A DNA stretch of 64,000 bases from Patescibacteria group bacterium (GTDB taxonomy: Bacteria > Patescibacteriota > UBA1384 > XYA2-FULL-43-10 > 1-14-0-10-43-13): contig JBAYVE010000005.1 of assembly GCA_041674765.1 (NCBI GenBank), forward strand, positions 1,645 to 65,644, read 5' to 3'. This document shows positions 37,507 to 47,880 of this stretch, in pieces (within the stretch, counting starts at the first letter, position 1; each line of letters starts with the position of its first letter). The translations under genes were made by a program, and so were the position numbers. Below the pieces are notes generated by a model. The model did no database searches, was not told the origin of the DNA, and was given only the letters and a program-made list of their open reading frames with translations.

Positions 37507-38306
37507 CCCCCGGCTCCTCTCCAGGCAAGTTCAAAAAGCCCTCTCATGCTCTCGGCTATGTTCTTGTTGTCTATAATAACGGCGACTAGGACATCATCCT
37601 TGTTGTAATTGCAGAATGAGACCTTGTTGCCATATATTTGAATCTCAAGTTTACATGTAAACAAACTTTTCTTAACTACCCTTGTTTCTCTCAATTCGGT
37701 CTTGTCGTGAGCCAGATAGTCGGCCGTGTTTTTATCCTCGCCCGACGAGACAATAACTCGTGCCGGAATATTTGCTTTCACTCTTCTCTCTACATAGTGG
37801 TCTCGAAGCCATCGCCAAACTTTAGGATCAGACTCGGCTGCTTCCAAAAAGGCGTCGATTGGTTTGCCGACTTTGAGTGTGTCTTCGTATAATTCTTTGA
37901 TACCTTCATATCCTTCCATTACCCTGACCACCGGACGTTCGGTCGTCATCTTAAACATCTCTGACAAGCCGGGGAGTACAGAGTCGATGAGGGAATCTGC
38001 TTCTCGGAATTTTTGTTCTTGGTCAACGATATATTCCTTTAATCGATATGGATCTCTAGGGCGAAATTGAATTTTCTTATTCTTGATTGTTTGTTCTATC
38101 ACGCTCTTGTCGCGGAGGGAATAGAGGATATTGTAAAGATCGCCCCTTTTGTAAGGGGTTTTTGGTGTTAGGTCGCGTACTCCAAGCTGGCCACTAGAAA
38201 GTAATACCTCGTAAACTATAGCCTCTTTTTCCGATAGTCCTGCGCGGGATAAGACATCCTGATACTTGGAAATAGATTCCTTTTTTGGAGTTTTGTCATC
38301 TTGCAT
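37503..38306 (-). CDS. TrmB-like winged-helix transcriptional regulator (paralog of 29074..29787)
   Basis: N-terminal ...LSEKEAIVYEVLLSSGQLGVRDLTPKTPYKRGDLYNILYSLRDKSVI. Similar overall architecture to the 29074 protein. Confidence 0.5.
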   Translation of the reverse strand: MQDDKTPKKESISKYQDVLSRAGLSEKEAIVYEVLLSSGQLGVRDLTPKTPYKRGDLYNILYSLRDKSVIEQTIKNKKIQFRPRDPYRLKEYIVDQEQKFREADSLIDSVLPGLSEMFKMTTERPVVRVMEGYEGIKELYEDTLKVGKPIDAFLEAAESDPKVWRWLRDHYVERRVKANIPARVIVSSGEDKNTADYLAHDKTELRETRVVKKSLFTCKLEIQIYGNKVSFCNYNKDDVLVAVIIDNKNIAESMRGLFELAWRGAGG

Positions 38307-38472
38307 TGCCTAATTGTATTATTAATCACAATAATTTGTCAAGAATATTTGACACATTGTTAATACAAAAACAGTGTTAATTATTGGTTTATTAAGTACA
38401 GTATTTATAAATTTAAACAAAAATAGGTAGTCAATTTTGTAATTAATCTTGATTAAAACTGTTATAACCCCT

Positions 38473-38521
38473 TGACAAATAAAGCAAGCTGTTGTATAAT
38501 GGCCTGTCACGATGAGAAAGG
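38473..38521 (+). promoter_or_regulatory. Second copy of consensus promoter (TTGACA 38473-38478, 17 bp, TATAAT 38496-38501) + conserved leader motif GGCCTGTCACGATGAGAAAG, heading ~1 kb repeat-rich region with no ORF
   Basis: Direct sequence comparison with 371-419. Confidence 0.55.
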
Positions 38522-38555
38522 CGAACAGTGCCAGGAGCACTAGGCCGCGACTCAA

Positions 38556-39520
38556 AAGGACAGAACATTAAAAATTCAACAGTATAAAGGTCGAAGTATA
38601 GAGTATATAGGTAGAGATCAAAATCCCTAAATACTAAATACTAACCCCTTAATACTAATAAAAGAGGGCAAGAAAAAGACAAGCCCAAACCCAGTATTAA
38701 GTATTCTGTATATAGTTATAGGCATATCGGAAATCCGGCATTGCCACTTAGGTAATCGCATCTTTTAGCCGATATATTCCCCTAAATACTAAATACTAAT
38801 CACTTAATACTAATATCATCCCACTTCGCTCCTATCGGAGCTTCGCGGGATCTTCGAGTAATAGATTTATCCTTGACACAGGAGTTTAGAGATAAGTCTG
38901 AAACCAAGCGTTGAGCAATAAGCTAATAAGAATTAGTCATTTTGCTGAATGTGAAAGTGGACGAATATAAACTCAATTACTCGTAAATATTTTATTGTTC
39001 GAACGGAGCGAGAACTTCTCGTTTACGCTCGAAGAATAAACGGTGCTTATTCCGGCGCGCGCTCTTAGGAGGGGCAAACGCCAGAATTCCGGCCTTTGTG
39101 CTCATTTTGAGCATGGGTCAAACACAAATGGCGTGAATTAACGCCGTCCTTCGCATAAAGCTACGGACGGCATCGCCACAATTCCTCTGTCATCCTCGGG
39201 CTCGACCCGGGGATCCCAGACATCTTTTCGGATTTCGATATTCGAATTTCGAAATTTCCAGCATCACTTGCATAGCAAGTTGGTGCCGGATGGCTTGTCT
39301 CCTTCTTGCCCTCATATGCCGAGTGATCGGCATAGTATAAAGGGAAAAGTAGAAAGTATCATGGTTACCGTTCGAGCAGCCGTAAGGCATGCGAGAACTC
39401 CCAAAGTACTTAATACTAACCTCTTAATACTAAACATATATATCTGGCTCTCGCTTGAATCTGCCGAGACTACCATGTCATCCCCGGGCTTGACCCGGGG
39501 ATGACATGAGGCTTTTTAAT
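38556..39520. repeat. ~1 kb ORF-free region packed with TAATACT/AGTATTA microsatellites and palindromic elements (GTCATCCTCGGGCTCGACCCGGGGATCC at 39187-39215; CATGTCATCCCCGGGCTTGACCCGGGGATGACATG at 39477-39510; AAAGCTACGGA; CGAACGGAGCGAGAACTTCTCG)
   Basis: Visible repeats. This region forms the left border of the GC-rich island. Confidence 0.7.
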
Positions 39521-39846
39521 TTGCGCCTAAATTTATGAAAGGTAAGCAATAATCAGTCTTCGTCTTGGACTTTGAGCGAGAGTTGGAAAATTTCCCCTTA
39601 TATGTTGTCATTTCGACCCATTGAGAGCCCGCCGCTGGCGGTATGAATCAAGGCGAGAAATCCCATCGTATATTGGAAAAACAATTTAAAGAATAATAAA
39701 AGTAATTTTTGGTGCTGCATAGTTGGTTGGTCCTGCGAATGCGGGAGGAGCTGACTACGCTTCACAAAACATTATTCCTTTGTGGGACGTCTAGCTGGTA
39801 TTCCAGCTTGATTTGTGAGCCCCGTAGGAGAAGAAAGGAGTGAAGA

Positions 39847-40044
39847 ATGAAACACATAGGGTGTTTTATTATGATTGCAGTGTTTTTTACAGCTTTCATA
39901 TGGCGAGCGGTGGAAATGCTGATGGTGAAGAAAGTCTGGCCAGGGATGCCAGGCTTTTGGAGTATGATCATCGCTACCACGATCACAAGTGTGGTCATGG
40001 GTAGCGTCTGCTGGGCAGCAATGAAGCTGTCTAGCCGCAAATAA
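39847..40044 (+). CDS. Small membrane protein (2 TM)
   Basis: Hydrophobic ORF with RBS AAGGAG 8 nt upstream. Confidence 0.35.
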   Translation: MKHIGCFIMIAVFFTAFIWRAVEMLMVKKVWPGMPGFWSMIIATTITSVVMGSVCWAAMKLSSRK

Positions 40045-40314
40045 TATCTGCCAGAGCGCCTTTGCCTGCGAGAGCAGGACTTGTATAAGGATGTACATGA
40101 GGTGCTCTGGACCAATCTTTTGAGAAATGAAGGATTTATTCTTCGAACGTAGTGAGGAGTTCTCGACTTCTAGAACATCGCTCGAGCAATAAGTTATTTT
40201 TCCTCAAAATTTTTTTAGAGGAGTCTATGTGTCTCGCCTCAGGCGAGCCGAAAGCCTTCAAGGACATAGACTAGCCGGTCTTCGATAAATGAAGTGAAGA
40301 TCGGTGGAGGGAAT

Positions 40315-41361
40315 GCGATGACACGCATTTTCTTGAGTTCCAACCCCGAAAATCTGGCGGCTGAGTTGGCCGCTTTCCGCCTGACCGCAACGGTTGAGGC
40401 AGAATTCGGCGACACGGTCGTCGAAGGGTCAATTCTGACTCTCGCGCATCACGGCGCCCGGTCGGCGAACTCGGCTCCCTGCCTCGCCAGCAATGGTGTG
40501 GCCGGTGACCCGGTGCAGGTCGAGGCGATTGGCGTGAGCCACATCGACCTCGATTCCCTGGGCGGCGTAATGGCCGTCCTCGGGTCCAAGCCGGAATCGG
40601 TCGGCTTCTGGGCCTTGTCGGCCTTCGTCGATACGAATGGCCCCCACAAGTTGGCCCAGGCCGGCGCCGAGGCAGCGGATGTCGCCCGGCTCTACGCCTT
40701 TTGGGCGTATAGCCAGGCGCACCGGCTCATGCCGGATCGTTCCGGCGCCGTCACGGATGTGACCGAGCAGGTCACCGAGGCCATGGAGGCAATCGCGGCC
40801 ATCCTGGCCGACGACCCCGCCATGCTGGCCGCCGGCAATGATTTCCGCTCGGCGGAGGATTCGCTGAACAAGCGATCCTTTGTCGAGATGGTGGGAGGCG
40901 TTGGCGTCCGCGTTGCGGACGTTTTCGTCAGCCACCTCTATGGCTCGCCGGAAGGCGAGCTGGCGAAGGCCGTCGTGGCCTTTAACACCGTCACGGGTAC
41001 CGTGACGGTTTCCCTTGCTGATCCCATCCCCGGGGTCAGCGCCTGCACGATTGTGCAGGGAATCTGGGGGACGGAAGCCGGCGGGCATGCCGGCATCGCG
41101 GGTAGTCCCCGCGGTCGCCGCATGACTTTGGCTGATCTTGCCCGGGCGGCGGAAGCCGTCCGGGAGGTCATCGCCTCCACTTCGGTGGAGTGCGAGGACT
41201 GCGGGCAGGTGGTCTCCGACCTCCTGCCCGGCCAAATCCCCGACGGTTGGGGCACCGTCGGGTGCTACGAGGATTGCCCCAAGCACGAGGAGGCGTATTG
41301 CCCCTCGTGCTTGCCCGCCGCTCAGGCGGCGGGGCGTCATCGCTGTGGGCATGACCACTAG
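40315..41361 (+). CDS. Hypothetical protein (62% GC island) with C-terminal Cys/His-rich metal-binding tail; weak DHH-phosphoesterase-like motifs
   Basis: RBS GGAGGGA. Contains GVSHIDLDSLGG (similar to DHH motif I H..D.D..G) and GGHAGIAGS (similar to DHH-family GGGH motif), but no DHH triad. C-terminal CEDCGQ...CYEDCPKHEEAYCPSC...HRCGHDH. The antisense 333-aa ORF is judged a GC-shadow. Confidence 0.45.
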   Translation, partial: AMTRIFLSSNPENLAAELAAFRLTATVEAEFGDTVVEGSILTLAHHGARSANSAPCLASNGVAGDPVQVEAIGVSHIDLDSLGGVMAVLGSKPESVGFWALSAFVDTNGPHKLAQAGAEAADVARLYAFWAYSQAHRLMPDRSGAVTDVTEQVTEAMEAIAAILADDPAMLAAGNDFRSAEDSLNKRSFVEMVGGVGVRVADVFVSHLYGSPEGELAKAVVAFNTVTGTVTVSLADPIPGVSACTIVQGIWGTEAGGHAGIAGSPRGRRMTLADLARAAEAVREVIASTSVECEDCGQVVSDLLPGQIPDGWGTVGCYEDCPKHEEAYCPSCLPAAQAAGRHRCGHDH

Positions 41362-41560
41362 CGATGACGGAAGGCTTTGCTTGTTGAGCCAATCCAACAA
41401 GCTGCTTCGCTTGAGGCAGGAAGAAATCAAGCAACAACCCGCTCCGACCTTTTAGTCGGAGCACCAGAGCCTGCCCTAGGACAAGAAGTTCTAGGGCACT
41501 CCTTATTCAATTTAATTTCGATTGAATTGAATAAAAGAGAATGGCTTCAAAGAAGTTTTG

Positions 41561-41647
41561 CAAAAATTACTGTCTTATAAATTGATCTATCAGATTAGTT
41601 ATAAGGCAATAATGCCTTGATTGTGAGTCGAAAGGAGAAAGACCATG
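41561..41647 (+). promoter_or_regulatory. AT-rich regulatory element inside GC-rich island: AAATTACTGTCTTATAAATTGATCTA...TTATAAGGCAATAATGCCTT...GAAAGGAGAAA-ATG; second copy at 42719-42805
   Basis: The two ~85-nt copies are about 85% identical. Each contains the palindrome AAGGCAATAATGCCTT and an RBS, and ends at the ATG of a small ORF. Confidence 0.7.
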
Positions 41648-41830
41648 GCTTACAATTGCAAAAAGACGGACCATGATGGTCCGAAGCGTGGCGCTGGCGC
41701 CTTTCGGGGTCGCCGCGCCGACGCAAAAGTGGCGGCTTCGCGCCGCCGCCGCCAGGATGGCCGCAATGAAGCGGCCAAAGGACTGGCAGAACAGGGGAAC
41801 GCTCAGGAGGGCGTTCCCAAACCATTTTGA
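41645..41830 (+). CDS. Small basic protein (61 aa, Arg/Ala-rich)
   Basis: ORF immediately following the repeated regulatory element + RBS AAAGGAG. Confidence 0.35.
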   Translation: MAYNCKKTDHDGPKRGAGAFRGRRADAKVAASRRRRQDGRNEAAKGLAEQGNAQEGVPKPF

Positions 41831-41916
41831 TTAAGATTTAGAGTTTTTTGATTTAAAATTCCAATCTTCATCAAATCCCATTATGGCCATTGAGTCTGAG
41901 GGAATGGAGGTGAAGT

Positions 41917-42204
41917 ATGTTGAAACATTTTTTACGGTTTTTAAACCGTATAGCTAAAGCCGAGGTCGTAAAGGCCGAAGCGGAAGCTATGGCGGCCAAA
42001 GTGGCCGCCGACGAAGCCGCAAGGAAGGCGGCACGAGAAAATCACGAAGCGCAGGAAGCGCTTTTGGTCGTAACTGCCCTGAAGGATTCGGGGCGGTTGA
42101 TCTCATCCATCACAGAATTCACTGGTGGGTGTGATCGGGGTGCGTGGCACCCCACGAAGATTTGGAGTCTTGATGGGCAACAGATTGCCCACTGGACTCT
42201 TTGA
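41917..42204 (+). CDS. Hypothetical protein; 5' leader (41860-41916) shares a conserved motif with leader of 46971 gene
   Basis: Leader ...CTTCATCAAA.C.CATTGAG.CTGAG.G.A.GGAGGTGAAGTATG is shared with 46913-46970. Confidence 0.4.
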   Translation: MLKHFLRFLNRIAKAEVVKAEAEAMAAKVAADEAARKAARENHEAQEALLVVTALKDSGRLISSITEFTGGCDRGAWHPTKIWSLDGQQIAHWTL

Positions 42205-42331
42205 AAAGGATTGGCCGGACGACGCGGCCATAAGCTACTCAAATGATTGAGTAGCACAGTCGAGCCATGCAGCCTCGCGGTATCGGGAATAAGCTCATAG
42301 AGCCCCAACCGCAAAAAGGAGGTGTAGTGCA

Positions 42332-42529
42332 GTGGCAAAAGACGCTCAGGCGGCCATGAGGCCGTCTGTCATCCCCATTCTCATCGAGAAGGGGATGAGC
42401 CGCGAGGAGTTGATGCTTCTCGTAGATCGTCTCGTTGGCGAGGTGGAAACCTACGCTAATGGGCCGTTCTCGGCAGAAGCACTCCGTGGCGAAATCACGG
42501 CAGTGCAGAATACCGTTGTAAAACGGTAG
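42332..42529 (+). CDS. Hypothetical small protein
   Basis: ORF with RBS AAGGAGG (42317-42323). Confidence 0.35.
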   Translation: MAKDAQAAMRPSVIPILIEKGMSREELMLLVDRLVGEVETYANGPFSAEALRGEITAVQNTVVKR

Positions 42530-42802
42530 ACTGCTGGGTACAAAACTTTGCTCCGACGGGTTAGATCGGGGCGGCGCCAGTCAAGGTGTCTGGGCGGGGA
42601 CTTTCCTATAAGTTGTCTTCATGGCAGCGATGAAATGGAAAGCGAAACCACAAAAATCCGCAACTATGCGACAAATAGTGAAATATTCCCGAGGAGCCCC
42701 AGCTGGGGCTCCTCAAATCCAAAATTACTGTCTTATAAATTGATCTAATTTGATCAGTAATAAGGCAATAATGCCTTCTGGCGCATATGAAAGGAGAAAA
42801 TT

Positions 42803-42937
42803 ATGATCGTATGCGTATATTGTAAAACGCCCCCGGATGGGGCAGCCGTGTGCCCGTGTTGCGGCCACACGATGGACTCCTCCACCATGGAATGGGTGGA
42901 GGAGCAGGATAACTCTCCCAAGGATGGGGAGAAATAA
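42803..42937 (+). CDS. 44-aa zinc-ribbon protein (CVYC...CPCC), not in ORF track (<60 aa)
   Basis: Translation MIVCVYCKTPPDGAAVCPCCGHTMDSSTMEWVEEQDNSPKDGEK, read manually. Preceded by the second copy of the regulatory element + RBS AAAGGAG. Confidence 0.4.
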   Translation: MIVCVYCKTPPDGAAVCPCCGHTMDSSTMEWVEEQDNSPKDGEK

Positions 42938-43197
42938 ACAAACCGATTTATCCGTGAGAGGCATCGGGCATGACGTCCTTTGCCTCTCAAATTTTTCTCT
43001 TTATCAAACTGCTCTCGAACTTCGAGAGCAGTTTCAGTATAGAGTTTTCTTGGGCCACCCTGCCCATTTGCCCTGACGCGCCGTCCGTAGATTTACGCAG
43101 AGGATGGACTTGTTTGGCTTGAAACACTAGCCGGACTGGAGGGAAGTCGATTAAATTCGGCCAGGCAGGGGTGGGTGATAATCCCCGGTCTGAGGAG

Positions 43198-45150
43198 ATG
43201 AAGATGAATAAAAGTCTTCCGATCGCCGACTATCGCGAGCAGATTCTGCAAGCGATAGAGGTAAACTCGGCGGTGGTGATCACTGCCGAAACGGGAGCTG
43301 GGAAATCGACCCAGGTACCCCAATTCCTTATGGAAGCGGGATATCGAGTGGTCGTGACCCAGCCACGGCGTCTTGCCGCAAGGACAGTGGCCGAGCGTGT
43401 AGCCGAAGAAGTCGGTTGCCAGCTTGGTGAAGAAGTCGGCTTTCGAACTGGCTTCGAGCGTAAGGACTCGGCTCAAACCAAAGTGCTTTTTTGCACGGAT
43501 GGTTTGCAGCTCGTCCGCGAGTTGACCGGCAACGGTGCCACCGACGTTCTTGTTATTGATGAAGTCCATGAGTGGAACATCAACATCGAGACGTTGGTCG
43601 CCTGGACGCGCAAGCGTTTGGGTGAAGGTGTCGACTTCAAGGTTGTGCTGATGAGTGCGACCTTGGATGCCGAGAGGCTTGCCGCGTTCTTTGGCGAGAC
43701 AGTGCCGGTGATCTCGGTGCCAGGTCGACTTTTTCCGGTCGAAACAAAAAGTGGCAGGACGAGCGAACTGGTGCCGACCGTGCGTGGACTGGTAGCTGAG
43801 GGCAGAAATGTCCTTATTTTCCAGCCTGGCAAGCGGGAGATCGAGGCGACGGTTCGGGAATTAACCGGGCTGAACGTTGAAGTCCTCCCCCTGCATGGGG
43901 ATATGGAATCGGCCGATCAGCGCCGAGCGTTTCGTCACTATGACCGTCCCAAAGTGGTCGTGGCGACGAATGTGGCCCAGACCTCCATTACCATCGATGA
44001 TATCGATGCGGTGGTGGATAGTGGGGTCGAGCGGCGGGTTGAGTTGGTTGACGGGATTGAAGGTCTTTACCTCAAGCCCATTAGCCAAGCAGATTGCAAG
44101 CAGCGCGCCGGTCGAGCCGGACGTTGCAAAGAGGGCATTTATGTTCTCTGCTCTGATTCGTCACTGGAAAGCCGTCCGGCATATCCCAAGGCGGAGATCG
44201 AGCGAAGTCGTCTCGACCAGTTGGTACTGCGTTTGGCGGTGACTGGCTTTGATGCTACAGCATTAGAGTTTTTTCATCAGCCGGAGCGGGCTGTGCTGGA
44301 AGATGCGAAGCGTGCCTTGCATGCATTGGGGGCGATGTCGGAGGACGGCCAGGTCACGAAGATCGGGCGTCAGATGGCAAAACTGCCGATCAGCGTGCAG
44401 TATGCGCGCATGGTGATCGAAGCGGCTCGTCTCGGCGAAGAAGAGGACGTAACGACGATTGTCGCACTCCTCGAAGCCGGCGGATTGCGTGCCAGCAAGG
44501 ATGATCGCTGGCGGAAATTGACGGCGGAGATACAGAGTGATCTGCTTGCCGAGCTGGACCTCTTTGAGGCCTGTCAAGGCTTCTCTGGCGAGGATTTCCG
44601 TGAAAACGGCGTCTTTGCCAAGGCCTATTTTCGGGCAAAGGAGATTCGGGCGAAGCTCCGTCAGGCGCTTGTCAGTGCGGGGATCAGTTTTGACCGGTCG
44701 GAGAAACACGACCGGCAAGCGATCATGAAGGCCTGCGTTGCTGGGATGGTGGACCACCTTTATCACACAGACGGGTGGAGTGATTACCATAACGGTAGTG
44801 GGGGCACGCGCCAAAAAGCGCGCGAAAGTGTTGTCTCCGGTTCGCCGGAGTGGGTCGTGGGCTTGCCCAAAGATATTGGGTTTAAGGATCGCCGCGGTTA
44901 TGACCGCGTCCTGAACCTGGTGGCGATGGTGACGGCCGTCGACCCAATGTGGCTTGCCGAGGTGGCGCCGCAGCTAGTGCGGCTGGATACGGGACTTTCC
45001 CCTCACTTCGACTCCGAGAAGGACCTGGTTGTTTCGACGACACAGACATTCTTCAAAGAGTCGAAGATCGGGGAGGAAATTATCCCTGATCCGGCGCACG
45101 CAGAGGCGGCGTCGGTGTTTGCAAACTGGCTCGCCAGCCAGTGCCTTTAA
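43198..45150 (+). CDS. DEAH-box (HrpA/HrpB/DHX-like) ATP-dependent RNA/DNA helicase
   Basis: Motif I ETGAGKSTQVPQFL, Ia VVVTQPRRLAARTVAERVA, DEVH (VLVIDEVHE), SAT (LMSATL), motif V VVVATNVAQTSITIDDIDAVVDSG, motif VI QRAGRAGRCKEG. Start set at MKMNKS after RBS GAGGAG. Confidence 0.8.
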   Translation: MKMNKSLPIADYREQILQAIEVNSAVVITAETGAGKSTQVPQFLMEAGYRVVVTQPRRLAARTVAERVAEEVGCQLGEEVGFRTGFERKDSAQTKVLFCTDGLQLVRELTGNGATDVLVIDEVHEWNINIETLVAWTRKRLGEGVDFKVVLMSATLDAERLAAFFGETVPVISVPGRLFPVETKSGRTSELVPTVRGLVAEGRNVLIFQPGKREIEATVRELTGLNVEVLPLHGDMESADQRRAFRHYDRPKVVVATNVAQTSITIDDIDAVVDSGVERRVELVDGIEGLYLKPISQADCKQRAGRAGRCKEGIYVLCSDSSLESRPAYPKAEIERSRLDQLVLRLAVTGFDATALEFFHQPERAVLEDAKRALHALGAMSEDGQVTKIGRQMAKLPISVQYARMVIEAARLGEEEDVTTIVALLEAGGLRASKDDRWRKLTAEIQSDLLAELDLFEACQGFSGEDFRENGVFAKAYFRAKEIRAKLRQALVSAGISFDRSEKHDRQAIMKACVAGMVDHLYHTDGWSDYHNGSGGTRQKARESVVSGSPEWVVGLPKDIGFKDRRGYDRVLNLVAMVTAVDPMWLAEVAPQLVRLDTGLSPHFDSEKDLVVSTTQTFFKESKIGEEIIPDPAHAEAASVFANWLASQCL

Positions 45151-45161
45151 AGGAGGGCAAA

Positions 45162-46676
45162 ATGAGCGAAAAACTCCTAGAGGTGCTGGCGGCAAACAAA
45201 GCGCGACAAGATCGCGCCCGCCAGCTTAATATTCGGGCCGGGGCAGAAATGTTTCCCGTGCTCGACCAGGCGCAAATGAGAGCCTGGATGACCGATAAGG
45301 CAGCGGGAGCGCGCCGGATGGCAGAGATTGCCGATCCTGAAGCTCTACGCTTGCCTGCCCTCGACGAGGTTTTGGTTCAAACGGTGATTCGCGAGAACCC
45401 CGACGAGATCGAGCTTCTCGGGGCGATGCGAACAGTGGATTACAAGGATAGTTACGGCCGTTCCAGGCCGAATCCGCGGGTCCGCATTGACTTCAGGGGA
45501 GAGAATGCCAACGACTGGCAAAGGCTCCCCGACGAGATCCGGTTGCCGGGTGGCCGTGAGGTTTGCCTGTATTCCGCCATTGACGGATATGGGTATTACA
45601 TCGAGGCTGTGCCCTCTGAGTTTAAGGCAAAAGTGCGTGATTGCCTAAACCAGGCTCAATGGGACAACTGGCCTCAGGCCGATCGACCGGAGATCCCAGT
45701 TCTCGACCCGGCCGACGACGAGGCGGCTATCCCTGAAATCACCACTGTCCAGTACGGGCAGTGCGTGGTGACGGGCGAGCCGCTCATCGCCTTTGGTACT
45801 TTGGCTCCGAAGAGCCGATACTACACGACGGACCCATATTTCGTGGTCCAGTGGTACCGGTCGATTGAGGAGGCCGAAGTGTCTCGGGTAAAGGCCGTCG
45901 AAACGCTCGAGAAAGAGCTAGCGGCTGTCCGGGAGTGCCGGGAACTGGAGATCGCCAAGCAGGAAGCTGAAGCGGTCAAATTAATATTCGAGTCACTCTA
46001 CCGCGAAGTAGATAATACCCGCGAGTGGCTTGAGTTGCCGGATGAATTGAGGAATCGTCTTCGTAGCCGGCATTGTAGCTATGTACCATCCTCATTGCTG
46101 GAAATCCGCCAATGGCAAGCAGAGACAGAGGCGTTAATCGCTGAGGTAGGGCCAGCTTTGGTGGAAATCAAGCGTCAGCAGGCGGAAGCCGAGCGTCAGG
46201 CACGCGAAGAGCAGGAAGCTGCTGTTCGTGCCGAAGAAGCTCGGCGGGTTCGTGAGGAGGAAGCCCATCGTGGGCAGATGGAAGAGATTCTGACTGCCAT
46301 GCGGGGTGTCCTCGGGTATGTGCCTGTAATCCGTTGCGACTTTGAAGAAGTCGCCGGCAAGAATGGTACATACTTGGAAAATTGGGGCCGCCTCACAGGT
46401 ATTAACTGTGATGGCGAGTCCGACTCGTACTGTGACGGCCGTAATGCCGTGGTGGTGCAGTCTGTTGAAACCACCGGCGGTGTGCTGGAGTTCCTGGCCT
46501 ACTGGAAGTATGGCAATTGGAACTTGGCCGCTCGCTGGCGAGAACTTTCCGAAGCCGCGGCACACGCCGTTGAGATTGGGGAGGTTCGGGCGGAGGATCT
46601 GGAAGATCCGAAGCCAGTAGAAGATCTGGGGGCGTCGCTTGCGGCGCTCCAGGCGAAGTTCAAAGGATTGAACTAA
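45162..46676 (+). CDS. Hypothetical protein with central coiled-coil (ERQAREEQEAAVRAEEARRVREEEAHR)
   Basis: RBS AGGAGGG. The start is 12 nt after the helicase stop. No recognised domain. Confidence 0.45.
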   Translation: MSEKLLEVLAANKARQDRARQLNIRAGAEMFPVLDQAQMRAWMTDKAAGARRMAEIADPEALRLPALDEVLVQTVIRENPDEIELLGAMRTVDYKDSYGRSRPNPRVRIDFRGENANDWQRLPDEIRLPGGREVCLYSAIDGYGYYIEAVPSEFKAKVRDCLNQAQWDNWPQADRPEIPVLDPADDEAAIPEITTVQYGQCVVTGEPLIAFGTLAPKSRYYTTDPYFVVQWYRSIEEAEVSRVKAVETLEKELAAVRECRELEIAKQEAEAVKLIFESLYREVDNTREWLELPDELRNRLRSRHCSYVPSSLLEIRQWQAETEALIAEVGPALVEIKRQQAEAERQAREEQEAAVRAEEARRVREEEAHRGQMEEILTAMRGVLGYVPVIRCDFEEVAGKNGTYLENWGRLTGINCDGESDSYCDGRNAVVVQSVETTGGVLEFLAYWKYGNWNLAARWRELSEAAAHAVEIGEVRAEDLEDPKPVEDLGASLAALQAKFKGLN

Positions 46677-46970
46677 TCGCCAATTTCCGTCCATCACCCT
46701 TCCTTCGGGAGCGGTGATGGACACTTCAACCTGCCCGTGATGGCTATTCTACATGTTTGTCTATTAGATGATCATGCAGGATACTCCTGAGCCATTGCCG
46801 GCAGATTAGAAGAATTTGGAAACAGTGCGTCTTAAACCTTTCTATCTTTTGATGCAGATTTAGAGTGATTAACTTTATAACTTTCAGCTTTATGAACTTT
46901 ATAAACTAATTTTCCAACCTTCATCAAAGCGCATTGAGCCCAATTGAGGCTGAGCGGGAGGAGGTGAAGT

Positions 46971-47762
46971 ATGGCGAAAGATGGGGATGTGAGATATTCC
47001 GTTTCCCCAAGTTGTTATACCGGCTGTTATTGTATTCGCCGGTGTTTGTACAACGCCAAGGTCAGGAGACCAAGGTGGGAGAGAAGTTGTGACGAAGATG
47101 TCTACGGCATTGAAAGTGCCATAGAGGTTTTTATAAGTAAACTTCTTTCAGAAACTCCTGGAACTTTCCAAGTTGAAGTTTCCAAGGAGATCCTGGAACA
47201 TGTTCCGGGCTTGATCTCAGCAGAGGGGGAGATTGACTTGGATGTCTGCCGCTCCTTTCTCCAAAAATTGGATGAAGAAAAAAAGCGAGCTGAGCAGGAG
47301 GAAGCAAGGCTTGCTGAAATCGAGCGCCGAGAAATTGCGGAGATGATTGCTGCGAGCAACGATCAGTTCCGCAACCGGTTCTCGGAGTTGGTGGGAAAAA
47401 CCGTCTCCGGGCTGGAACTTTCCGGTGACCAAACAGGCTTATGCCTTCGATTCACGGATGGATCGGAAGTCTGTTGGGAGGCTGCTCCGGGCTGCTGGTC
47501 CTGCGCTGAGGCTTGGTGGAACGACGGCATCGGCGTGGAAAATTTGTTCGGTACTCCCGTCACGGAGGTCTTACAGTTGGAGCTGCCGAATACTTCACAG
47601 CAGCGAGTCAGTGCTGTGGCTTATGGGGTTCAATTCCGAACCAGCAAAGGGGTGACGACCTTTGCTTTTCGGGGCAATCACGAGCATTACGGAGCTTCCA
47701 TTGAGATCATTGAGAAGAGCGAACTCGATGGATGGTCTCCAGTACAGGATGATTGGGGCTAG
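46971..47762 (+). CDS. Hypothetical Cys-rich N-terminus protein
   Basis: Shares its 5' leader with 41917. Followed by a rho-independent terminator at 47881-47915 (AATCCCC...GGGGATTTTTTGTT). Confidence 0.4.
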   Translation: MAKDGDVRYSVSPSCYTGCYCIRRCLYNAKVRRPRWERSCDEDVYGIESAIEVFISKLLSETPGTFQVEVSKEILEHVPGLISAEGEIDLDVCRSFLQKLDEEKKRAEQEEARLAEIERREIAEMIAASNDQFRNRFSELVGKTVSGLELSGDQTGLCLRFTDGSEVCWEAAPGCWSCAEAWWNDGIGVENLFGTPVTEVLQLELPNTSQQRVSAVAYGVQFRTSKGVTTFAFRGNHEHYGASIEIIEKSELDGWSPVQDDWG

Positions 47763-47880
47763 GCTCTCCAACCCACCGTTTCGGCGGTGGGTTGGAAATT
47801 TAAACCTGCTTTCAATGGCGGTTCTGCATAGTTTACTGCGCGGGACACTCCTGCGCCATTGTTGGCAGATTTAAAGCAAA

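Noticed and set aside
40429-41430. 333-aa minus-strand ORF antisense to 40315..41361, plus other 60-160-aa antisense ORFs in the GC-rich island (40938..41255, 43093..43569, 44263..44814, 46134..46724)
   Set aside because: These are GC-rich shadow ORFs. The plus-strand genes have SD sequences and a uniform orientation, and the 43198..45150 product has clear helicase motifs, whereas the antisense products are Arg/Pro-rich low-complexity sequences.
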